From positions 57,307 to 70,361 of the forward strand of contig MNRQ01000021.1 in the NCBI GenBank assembly GCA_001916035.1: a DNA stretch of 13,055 nt, in the 5' to 3' direction. A program made the translations under genes and the position numbers. Position 1 is the stretch's first letter. The number at the start of each line of letters is the position of its first letter. The DNA is from Clostridium sp. 27_14. Lineage in GTDB: Bacteria > Bacillota > Clostridia > TANB77 > CAG-508. This document shows positions 6,683 to 13,055 of this stretch, in pieces. A model generated the notes under the pieces. The model was not told the DNA's origin and searched no databases. It saw only the letters and a program-made list of their open reading frames with translations.

Positions 6683-7552
6683 TTATGCTAATAAATTATC
6701 CAAAAGTAATTTATTTTTAGAAGAAAGTTCAGAAAGAGGAAGTCTAGGAACACCAAAATCAAAGCCCAAAATATTAAGAGCATATTTAACAGGAATAGGA
6801 TTAACTTCACAAAAAAGAGCAGAAATAAGAGGCAATAAACCCAACTGCAAATTTTTAGAAGCAGACAAATTCCCATCAAAAAAAGAAGTAACCATATTAT
6901 GAGTCTCCAAAGGCTTAATATTAGACAAAACAGAAATAACACCAATACCACCTAAAGACAAAATAGGAATAACTTGATCATCATTTCCAGAATAAATAAA
7001 AAGATTATCATTACATAAAGCAGAGATTTTAGCAACCTGAGAAATATTACCACTAGCCTCCTTAATAGCAACAATATTAGAAACTTTAGAAAGTTCAAAA
7101 CAGGTTTCAGGTTCAATATTTACACCAGTTCTACTAGGAACATTATACAAAATAATCGGAATAGAAACACTTTCAGCAATTTTAGAATAATGTTTAATCA
7201 AACCAGACTGAGTACATTTATTATAATAAGGAGTAACAACTAAAAGACCGTCAGCCCCTAAGGACTCAGCCATTTTAGCATTAAAAATAGCCTTATTAGT
7301 ATCATTACTACCACAACCAACAATAATAGGAATTTTTTTATCAACAAAATCAACAGCACATTTTATAATAGAAGACTTTTCATCATCTGACATTGTAGAA
7401 GCTTCACCAGTCGTACCACAAACTATAATGCTATCAACAGAATTTAACAACTGAAAACTCAACAACTTTTCAAAAGCAGGAATATTAACACCATCAGAAT
7501 TAAAAGGAGTAGCAATAGCAGTACCAACACCCTTAAATAAAATTTTTTTCAA
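6683..7552 (-). CDS. dapA: 4-hydroxy-tetrahydrodipicolinate synthase
   Basis: Carries GVGTAIATPF, VCGTTGE and the YNVPSRTG motif typical of DapA. The start is moved to TTG 7552, giving MKKILFKG and 289 aa, a typical length, with GAAAGGG upstream. The track's GTG at 7588 has no RBS and adds 12 atypical residues. Confidence 0.85.
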   Translation of the reverse strand: MKKILFKGVGTAIATPFNSDGVNIPAFEKLLSFQLLNSVDSIIVCGTTGEASTMSDDEKSSIIKCAVDFVDKKIPIIVGCGSNDTNKAIFNAKMAESLGADGLLVVTPYYNKCTQSGLIKHYSKIAESVSIPIILYNVPSRTGVNIEPETCFELSKVSNIVAIKEASGNISQVAKISALCNDNLFIYSGNDDQVIPILSLGGIGVISVLSNIKPLETHNMVTSFFDGNLSASKNLQLGLLPLISALFCEVNPIPVKYALNILGFDFGVPRLPLSELSSKNKLLLDNLLA

Positions 7553-7612
7553 AACAAAATCAACCCTTTCAAAAATTATTAAAGACACAAAAAGTATCTC
7601 TAAAAAATATAT

Positions 7613-7658
7613 TCAAAAAAATAAAAAAAATAACACTATATTAAAAATATAATGTTAT
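7613..7658 (-). terminator. Rho-independent terminator after corA
   Basis: A 12-bp stem (7630..7641 pairs with 7647..7658, one G-T pair) with a 5-nt loop. On the minus strand it is followed by TTTTTTTTATTTTTTT. Confidence 0.6.
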
Positions 7659-7677
7659 AAAATATATAAAATCAAAA

Positions 7678-8628
7678 TTAATTAAGCATATCCTTTTTCT
7701 TCAAAAGCCAAGTAACTAATAAAGTAAGAACTACAGAAACAAAAATCATAATTACAAAACCAAAAGGATTATTTTGAAAAGGAATCTGAACATTCATCCC
7801 CCAAAAACTAGAAATCATAGTAGGAACAGCAAGAACAATAGTAATAGAAGTCAAAGTTTTCATGACAGTATTAAGATTATTAGAAATTATAGAAGCATAA
7901 GCCTCCATAGTACCATTCAAAATATCACTATAAATCTTAGCCATCTCAATAGCCTGTCTATTCTCAATAATAGCATCCTCAAGAATATCCTCATCCTCAT
8001 CATATAACTTAATAATTTTACCCTTCAAAGTTTTTTCCATAACCAATTCATTAGACTTTAAAGAAGTAGTAAAATAAACCAAACCTTTTTCCAAACTTAA
8101 CATTTTCAAAAGCTCTTTATTTTTCATAGAATTTTTTAATATATACTCAGCAATTTCAGTTTCCTTATTAATTTGTTTCAAATTAGTCAAAAAATAAGAA
8201 GAATTCAAATAAAGAATTTGAAAAATAAAACGAGTTTTTTTATAAGTTTGAAAATTTTTAATTTTACGTTTTTCAAAATCCTCAATAACCTTATTTTTTC
8301 TCAAAGAAACAGTAATAAAAAAATCATCTCTAACAACAATCATCCCTAAAGGCATAGTAGAATAAATATCACTCTCTTCAGATTTTTCCTTTATAGGAAC
8401 ATCAACAACAAACAAAATAGTTTCATCATCTTCCTCAGTATCAATTCTAGCCTTTTCCTCAAAATCCAAAGCATCACGTATAAAATCTTCTTGAATATTA
8501 ATACTATCACAAACTTTTTTAATTTCATCTTCCGAAGGATTTACGAGATTAATCCAACTTCCTTTTTTGAATTCTTTTATTTCTTCAAATTTGTTAGTAT
8601 CTACATCTGTATTATAAATTTTAATCAT
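7678..8628 (-). CDS. corA: CorA family magnesium/cobalt transporter
   Basis: 316 aa with an acidic N-terminal cytoplasmic domain, two C-terminal TM helices and the signature FWGMNV (GMN motif). Starts at ATG and stops at TAA. Confidence 0.9.
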   Translation of the reverse strand: MIKIYNTDVDTNKFEEIKEFKKGSWINLVNPSEDEIKKVCDSINIQEDFIRDALDFEEKARIDTEEDDETILFVVDVPIKEKSEESDIYSTMPLGMIVVRDDFFITVSLRKNKVIEDFEKRKIKNFQTYKKTRFIFQILYLNSSYFLTNLKQINKETEIAEYILKNSMKNKELLKMLSLEKGLVYFTTSLKSNELVMEKTLKGKIIKLYDEDEDILEDAIIENRQAIEMAKIYSDILNGTMEAYASIISNNLNTVMKTLTSITIVLAVPTMISSFWGMNVQIPFQNNPFGFVIMIFVSVVLTLLVTWLLKKKDMLN

Positions 8629-8742
8629 TATAAATCACATTCCTTTCTCGCATAGCTAAATAAAACTAGCCCAAATCCCTCATATACGCAAAATAGACTA
8701 AAAAAACAAAAATTTCTTTAATCGAACATATACTATATAATA

Positions 8743-8771
8743 ATTTTAAACTGATTTGGTAAAATTGTCAA
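8743..8771 (-). promoter_or_regulatory. Sigma-A promoter candidate for corA
   Basis: Read on the minus strand: TTGACA (8771..8766), a 17-nt spacer, then TAAAAT (8748..8743). This implies a leader of about 108 nt. Confidence 0.5.
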
Positions 8772-8828
8772 TAGATTCAAAAAACAATTTACATAAAACT
8801 ACAGACAATAAAAAAATAAACAATTGTA

Positions 8829-8858
8829 TTGACAAATAAATAAAAAAAGTATTATAAT
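8829..8858 (+). promoter_or_regulatory. Strong sigma-A promoter of tRNA-Lys(CTT)
   Basis: TTGACA (8829..8834), an 18-nt spacer, then TATAAT (8853..8858). It shares GTATTGACAAAT and AGTATTATA with the promoter at 2458. Confidence 0.6.
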
Positions 8859-8891
8859 GAATACGCAAAAGAAAAAATAATAATAAAAAAT

Positions 8892-8967
8892 GCACCATTA
8901 GCTTAGTTGGTAAAGCAGCTGACTCTTAATCAGAAGACCCTCGGTTCGAGTCCGAGATGGTGCACCA
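8892..8967 (+). tRNA. trnK: tRNA-Lys (anticodon CTT), CCA encoded
   Basis: Acceptor GCACCAT/ATGGTGC, D stem GCTT/AAGC, anticodon loop CTCTTAA, T arm CTCGG-TTCGAGT-CCGAG. The anticodon stem has 4 bp plus one G-A mismatch at 27:43. Confidence 0.85.
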
Positions 8968-9047
8968 AAAATAAAAATAAATATATAAAAAAGTGAATAA
9001 CAAAAGAAAAAAAGCAAAAAATAAAGAAAAAACAAGGAGGAAATAAA

Positions 9048-9587
9048 ATGGAATTAAAAGGAAGTAAAACAGAAAAAAATTTAATGGAAGCATTTGCAGG
9101 AGAATCACAAGCAAGAAACAAATACACATATTTTGCAAGTAAAGCAAAAAAAGAAGGATATGAGCAAATAGCAGCAATATTCCAAGAAACAGCAGATAAC
9201 GAAAAAGAACACGCAAAACTATGGTTCAAATTATTAAACGGAGGAGAAATAGGAACAACAGAAGAAAACTTAAAAGCAGCAGCAGAAGGAGAAAACTATG
9301 AATGGACAGACATGTATGAAAGAATGGCAAAAGAAGCTAGAGAAGAAGGATTTGACCACATAGCATACCTATTTGACGGAGTAGCAAAAATCGAAAAAGA
9401 ACATGAAGAAAGATACAAAAAATTATTAGAAAATGTAAAAGACGGAAAAGTATTTGAAGCAGGAGAAATAAAAATCTGGAAATGCAGAAACTGCGGACAC
9501 ATAGTAGTAGGAACAAAAGCACCAGAAATATGTCCAATATGTGCACACCCAAAAGCATACTTTGAAATAAAAGCAGAAAACTATTAA
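9048..9587 (+). CDS. rbr: Rubrerythrin
   Basis: 179 aa with an N-terminal ferritin-like diiron domain ([13 protein letters not shown] twice). The C-terminal rubredoxin-like domain is CRNCG...CPICAH. RBS AAGGAGG lies 7 nt before the ATG. Confidence 0.9.
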   Translation: MELKGSKTEKNLMEAFAGESQARNKYTYFASKAKKEGYEQIAAIFQETADNEKEHAKLWFKLLNGGEIGTTEENLKAAAEGENYEWTDMYERMAKEAREEGFDHIAYLFDGVAKIEKEHEERYKKLLENVKDGKVFEAGEIKIWKCRNCGHIVVGTKAPEICPICAHPKAYFEIKAENY

Positions 9588-9596
9588 TAAAAAGTA

Positions 9597-9638
9597 AAAA
9601 ACTCAAATTATAAAAACTATTTTATAATTTGAGTTTTT
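9597..9638. terminator. Bidirectional terminator between the convergent rbr and CapA-family genes
   Basis: A perfect 19-bp stem, AAAAACTCAAATTATAAAA (9597..9615) pairing with TTTTATAATTTGAGTTTTT (9620..9638), with the 4-nt loop ACTA. U-runs are available on both strands. Confidence 0.75.
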
Positions 9639-9683
9639 TCAGAAGAAAAGCACTCAATAATATAATTAAGAGCCAAATAAAAC

Positions 9684-10973
9684 TTAAAATTTATCACCAA
9701 GAATACTCTTAATTTTCTGAAGTTGAACTTTAAGATACTCATATTTAGCCTTACCAATAGAAGTATCCAAACCAGCATCAAATCTAGCAATAGATTTCTC
9801 AATATTCAAAAGTTTAAATTTATGAGAAGAAACATTAGGATTCTTATACATATAAATAGGAACATAGGAAATACTATCAAAAGAAAGTTTTTTATCAGAA
9901 TCAAAAGAAAGATTCAAATTCAAAATAATAGAATTACGAGTATTTTCAGCATTCTGATCACAAATAAAATTTCCCAAAGCATAAATAACAAAACAATCCT
10001 TAGAAGAACCATCAGACAAAGTAACAGTTCTTTTTTCCATAGGCTCCAAGGTATGAGGATGATTACCCAAAATAATATCAACACCATTCTGAAACAAAAA
10101 GTCAGCCAAATCAATTTGTTCATCATTAGCAGTAGTCCTATACTCAGTACCCCAATGCATACAAGCAACAATAATATCAGCCTCTTCAGATTTCGCCTTA
10201 TCAATTTGAGATTTAATCAAATCTCTATTAATCAAATTAACACAAAAATCCTTCCCCTTAGGAACAGGAATACCATTAGTTCCGTATGTATAATCAATAA
10301 AAGCAATTTTAATACCCTTAACAGTTTTAAACAAAATCTCCTTTTGAGCCTCTTCAGATTTATAAGTACCCAGATGAGAAATACCATAAGAATCCAAAAC
10401 ATCAATAGTCCTAGAAAGACCAGAAAAGCCCATATCCAAACAATGATTACCAGCAGTAGAAATAACATCAACGCCAATATCAGCAACAGCCTTAGCCAAG
10501 CTATCAGGAGAATTAAAAGTCGGATAATTACTATAACCACGATCCTTACCCGCAAAGCTAGTCTCCAAATTAGCAACAGTAATATCAGGAGATAAAGTAT
10601 AATCTTTAATATCATCAAAAACATAAGAAAAATCATACTCATCAGTAGACTTAATATAAGCATCCCAATACTGAGTATTATGACACATAATATCACCAAT
10701 AGCAGTCAAAGTAAAAGACGTCTTAAACTTTTTATTAATATCATCATTTTTTTGAGAATCATCAGAATCAGAACTATCATCTAAAGAAACAACTTCATTA
10801 GACTTTTTAGACAAACTCCTTAAAATATTATAATTTTTAACTTTAGTAAAAACAAAAAGAAATAAAAAAATAACAGCAAAAACTAAAACAGTAAAAAATA
10901 AAAAACGAATACCCTTTGAAGCAAAACGTCTAGGATTACCATAACCACGAGTATTTCTACGATTTCTCGCCAT
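9684..10973 (-). CDS. CapA family (PGA_cap metallophosphatase-like) membrane-anchored protein
   Basis: The N-terminus is basic with a TM (MARNRRNTRG...FLFFTVLVFAVIFLFLFVF). Metallophosphoesterase-type motifs are AIGDIMCH, GNHCLD, ACMHWGTEY and LGNHPH. The start is moved to ATG 10973 because AAGGGGAG lies 6 nt upstream of it. The track's TTG at 10991 overlaps that SD. Confidence 0.85.
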   Translation of the reverse strand: MARNRRNTRGYGNPRRFASKGIRFLFFTVLVFAVIFLFLFVFTKVKNYNILRSLSKKSNEVVSLDDSSDSDDSQKNDDINKKFKTSFTLTAIGDIMCHNTQYWDAYIKSTDEYDFSYVFDDIKDYTLSPDITVANLETSFAGKDRGYSNYPTFNSPDSLAKAVADIGVDVISTAGNHCLDMGFSGLSRTIDVLDSYGISHLGTYKSEEAQKEILFKTVKGIKIAFIDYTYGTNGIPVPKGKDFCVNLINRDLIKSQIDKAKSEEADIIVACMHWGTEYRTTANDEQIDLADFLFQNGVDIILGNHPHTLEPMEKRTVTLSDGSSKDCFVIYALGNFICDQNAENTRNSIILNLNLSFDSDKKLSFDSISYVPIYMYKNPNVSSHKFKLLNIEKSIARFDAGLDTSIGKAKYEYLKVQLQKIKSILGDKF

Positions 10974-11074
10974 ATAAAACTCCCCTTTCAAAAAGCAAGA
11001 ACAAAAATAAACATTAATAAAATTAGTACTTATTAGAACATTTTAAAGTTCGTGCATATTTAATATCTACAAAC

Positions 11075-11102
11075 ATTATAGCAAAATTTGTAAAAAATTC
11101 AA
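11075..11102 (-). promoter_or_regulatory. Sigma-A promoter candidate (extended -10) for the CapA-family gene
   Basis: Read on the minus strand: TTGAAT (11102..11097), a 16-nt spacer ending in TGC, then TATAAT (11080..11075). Confidence 0.45.
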
Positions 11103-11249
11103 TAAAAATAAAAGAATAAATTTTTAAAAAAAGAAAATAATAGTATTAGAAAGAATAGAAAAAATATAAGAAACTTAAAAAATAGAAAATTGAAAAAAAC
11201 TACAAAATCAATCATGTATTTTTTAAGAAACTTAGGAAAGGGGTTAAAA

Positions 11250-11438
11250 ATGAAAGTTATAGATAAAATAGCACTAGTATTAATCATAATAGGTGCAATA
11301 AATTGGGGACTAATAGGATTTTTTAATTTCAACCTAGTAGGAACGATATTTGGAGATATGACAGTAATATCAAGAATAATTTATGCATTAGTAGGAATAT
11401 CAGGAATATGGGGAATAAAACTATTATTTGATGACTAA
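11250..11438 (+). CDS. DUF378 family small membrane protein
   Basis: 62 aa, MKVIDKIALVLIIIGAINWGLIGFF.......YALVGISG, with two TM helices and the family-typical GAINWGL motif. The start is moved to ATG 11250 because GGAAAGGGG lies 6 nt upstream. The track's TTG at 11190 has no RBS. Confidence 0.8.
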   Translation: MKVIDKIALVLIIIGAINWGLIGFFNFNLVGTIFGDMTVISRIIYALVGISGIWGIKLLFDD

Positions 11439-11527
11439 AAATATTATAATTGAATATAAAGTAATTAAATTGTAAAAATCGAAAAGATAGCTTACAGAAA
11501 ACAAAAAAAGAACTAAAAAATTAATAA

Positions 11528-11590
11528 AAAGAACTCTATCTTGAACTCAATATCCAATTTAGTAGGGTATAGTTCAAAATGGAGTTCTTT
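11528..11590 (+). other. Long interrupted hairpin, either the distal terminator of the DUF378 gene or an uncharacterised structured RNA
   Basis: AAAGAACTC (11528..11536) pairs with GAGTTCTTT (11582..11590), and TTGAACT (11541..11547) pairs with AGTTCAA (11571..11577). There is a 4x4 internal loop and a 23-nt apical loop. It is followed only by TTTAAAATT. Confidence 0.4.
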
Positions 11591-11646
11591 AAAATTAGGT
11601 ATTAACCTTCAAAATGTTCTCTTTTTGAATCATATTCAGCTGAAAC

Positions 11647-11675
11647 TTGAAAAAAAGCAAAAAATATTATATAAT
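11647..11675 (+). promoter_or_regulatory. Sigma-A promoter candidate for the ABC-F gene
   Basis: TTGAAA (11647..11652), a 17-nt spacer, then the consensus TATAAT (11670..11675). A small inverted repeat, TGAAT-CAT-ATTCA (11626..11638), lies just upstream. Confidence 0.55.
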
Positions 11676-11710
11676 AGCAAAAATGAAAAAAAGAGAGAGG
11701 AGAAAATAAA

Positions 11711-13055
11711 ATGTTAAATGCAAACGGAGTCACAGTAAGATTTGGAAAAAGAGTATTATTTGAAGATGTAAATATCAAATTTACAAAAGGAAACTGTTAC
11801 GGAATAATAGGAGCAAACGGAGCAGGAAAATCAACATTTTTAAAAGTACTATCAGGAGAAATAGAACCAAGCAAAGGAGACGTAAGTCTAGAAAAAGGAG
11901 CAAGACTATCAGTACTAAAACAAGACCACTTTGCATATGAAGACTACACAGTAATAGACACAGTAGTAATGGGAAACAAAGAACTATACAGTATAATGAA
12001 AGAAAAAGACGCAATATATAGCAAACCAGACTTCTCAGAAGAAGACGGAATGAAAGCAGCAAAACTAGAAGAAAGATTTGCAGAATTAGACGGATGGAAC
12101 GCCGAATCAGACGCAGCAATGTTACTAAACGACTTAGGAATAGCACCAGAAGACCACTATAAACAAATGAAAGAAATAGAACCAAGAATAAAAGTAAAAA
12201 TCTTACTAGCACAAAGCCTATTCGGAAACCCAGACGTATTACTATTAGACGAACCAACAAACGACTTAGACCTAAAAAGCATAGAATGGTTACAAGAATT
12301 TCTAATAAACTACGAAAACACAGTAATAGTAGTATCACATGACAGATACTTCCTAAACAAAGTATGTACATATATAGCAGATGTAGACTTTGGAAAAATA
12401 ACACTATACCCAGGAAACTACGACTTCTGGTATGAATCAAGTCAATTAGCATTAAAACAAGCAAGAGAACAAAACAAGAAAAAAGAAGAAAAAATAAAAG
12501 AACTACAAGACTTCATAGCAAGATTCAGTGCAAACGCCTCAAAATCAAAACAAGCAACATCAAGAAAAAAGACACTAGAAAAAATACAACTAGACGAAAT
12601 AAAACCATCAAACAGAAAATATCCATATGTAGACTTCAAACCAGACAGAGAACCAGGAAAAGAAATACTACAAGTAAAAAATATATCAAAAACAGTAGAC
12701 GGAGTAAAACTACTAAACAACATATCATTCACAGTAAAACAAGACAACAAAATAGCATTTTTAGCAGACAACGAAAACGCAAAAACAATATTATTCCAAA
12801 TAATAGCAGGAGAAATAGAACCAGACGAAGGAGAACTAATATGGGGAACAACAATAACACAAAGCTATTTCCCAAAAGACAACAACTACCTATTTGAAAC
12901 AAACGAAAATATAACAGACTGGCTAAGAAAATACTCAAAAGACCCAGACGAAACATACGTAAGAAGTTTTTTAGGAAGAATGTTATTCTCAGGAGACGAA
13001 GCACTAAAAGAAGTAAAAGTACTATCAGGAGGAGAAAAAGTAAGATGTGTATTAT
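11711..13055 (+). CDS. ABC-F family ATPase, YbiT-like translation factor, 3'-truncated by the window end. It is absent from the ORF track because no stop is reached.
   Basis: ATG 11711 follows GAGAGGAG. The translation MLNANGVTVRFGKRVLFEDVNIKFTKGNCYGIIGANGAGKSTFLKVLSGEIEP...LLLDEPTNDLD...VSHDRYFLN...FSANASKSKQATSRKK...LSGGEKVR aligns along its length with my recollection of E. coli YbiT. The frame is open through 13055, about 448 codons. Confidence 0.9.
   Translation, partial: MLNANGVTVRFGKRVLFEDVNIKFTKGNCYGIIGANGAGKSTFLKVLSGEIEPSKGDVSLEKGARLSVLKQDHFAYEDYTVIDTVVMGNKELYSIMKEKDAIYSKPDFSEEDGMKAAKLEERFAELDGWNAESDAAMLLNDLGIAPEDHYKQMKEIEPRIKVKILLAQSLFGNPDVLLLDEPTNDLDLKSIEWLQEFLINYENTVIVVSHDRYFLNKVCTYIADVDFGKITLYPGNYDFWYESSQLALKQAREQNKKKEEKIKELQDFIARFSANASKSKQATSRKKTLEKIQLDEIKPSNRKYPYVDFKPDREPGKEILQVKNISKTVDGVKLLNNISFTVKQDNKIAFLADNENAKTILFQIIAGEIEPDEGELIWGTTITQSYFPKDNNYLFETNENITDWLRKYSKDPDETYVRSFLGRMLFSGDEALKEVKVLSGGEKVRCVL

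Noticed and set aside
7589-7677. Lysine (L-box) riboswitch upstream of dapA
   Set aside because: The corA-dapA spacer is only 89 nt and is largely occupied by the corA terminator. That is far too short for an L-box, and no conserved L-box elements are recognisable.
9723-10595. 290-aa plus-strand ORF, plus minus-strand frames 9920..10204, 10232..10699 and 9617..9802, overlapping the CapA-family gene
   Set aside because: The + ORF is an N/I/R/S-rich string antisense to a well-supported CapA CDS. The T-poor + strand suppresses stop codons here too. The others are off-frame overlaps with no motifs.
11781-13004. Minus-strand ORFs 11781..12464, 12442..12771 and 12729..13004
   Set aside because: They are antisense to the clearly homologous ABC-F CDS, which is missing from the track only because it has no stop within the window. 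They are leucine-rich junk translations.
1-13055. Alternative genetic code (for example code 4 with TGA=Trp), given the Mollicutes-like GC content
   Set aside because: All supported CDS are intact under code 11, and Trp is encoded by TGG (for example in rbr, the SDR and DUF378). I noticed no in-frame TGA in the confirmed frames. Every complete CDS ends in TAA, which fits AT pressure rather than reassignment.

Overview
Very AT-rich bacterial chromosomal window (roughly 25% GC by eye). It looks like a low-GC anaerobic Firmicute or Clostridia-like genome, but no taxon can be assigned from sequence alone. The standard code 11 fits: all 10 complete track-listed CDS end in TAA and Trp is TGG. I can support 12 protein genes. 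On the minus strand: a membrane-anchored VirD4/TraG-like coupling ATPase preceded by a 48-aa membrane mini-ORF, a CBM25/53-like protein, dapA, corA and a CapA-family protein. On the plus strand: a DUF1858 redox-disulfide protein, a FabG-like SDR, a VanW/G5 protein, rubrerythrin, a DUF378 protein and a 3'-truncated YbiT-like ABC-F ATPase. There are four tRNA genes, Lys-TTT/Glu-TTC/Thr-TGT as a cluster and Lys-CTT alone, both behind near-consensus sigma-A promoters. Several hairpin terminators and an AT-only tandem repeat at the left edge are also present. I see no CRISPR array, transposase, integrase or recognisable defence operon. The most unusual signal is compositional. The + strand is strongly T-depleted and A-enriched at silent sites whatever the gene orientation, so codon choice flips with strand and the six-frame track fills with long junk ORFs. 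Second is the coupling-ATPase gene, whose two-TM N-terminus can only be translated from an in-frame ATT behind a perfect Shine-Dalgarno. Smaller items are an 8-codon, possibly leaderless, uORF abutting the ABC-F start; a degenerate second Walker A in that ABC-F; and a terminator-like hairpin inside the tRNA cluster. Five ORF-track starts are probably wrong and are corrected from RBS spacing.
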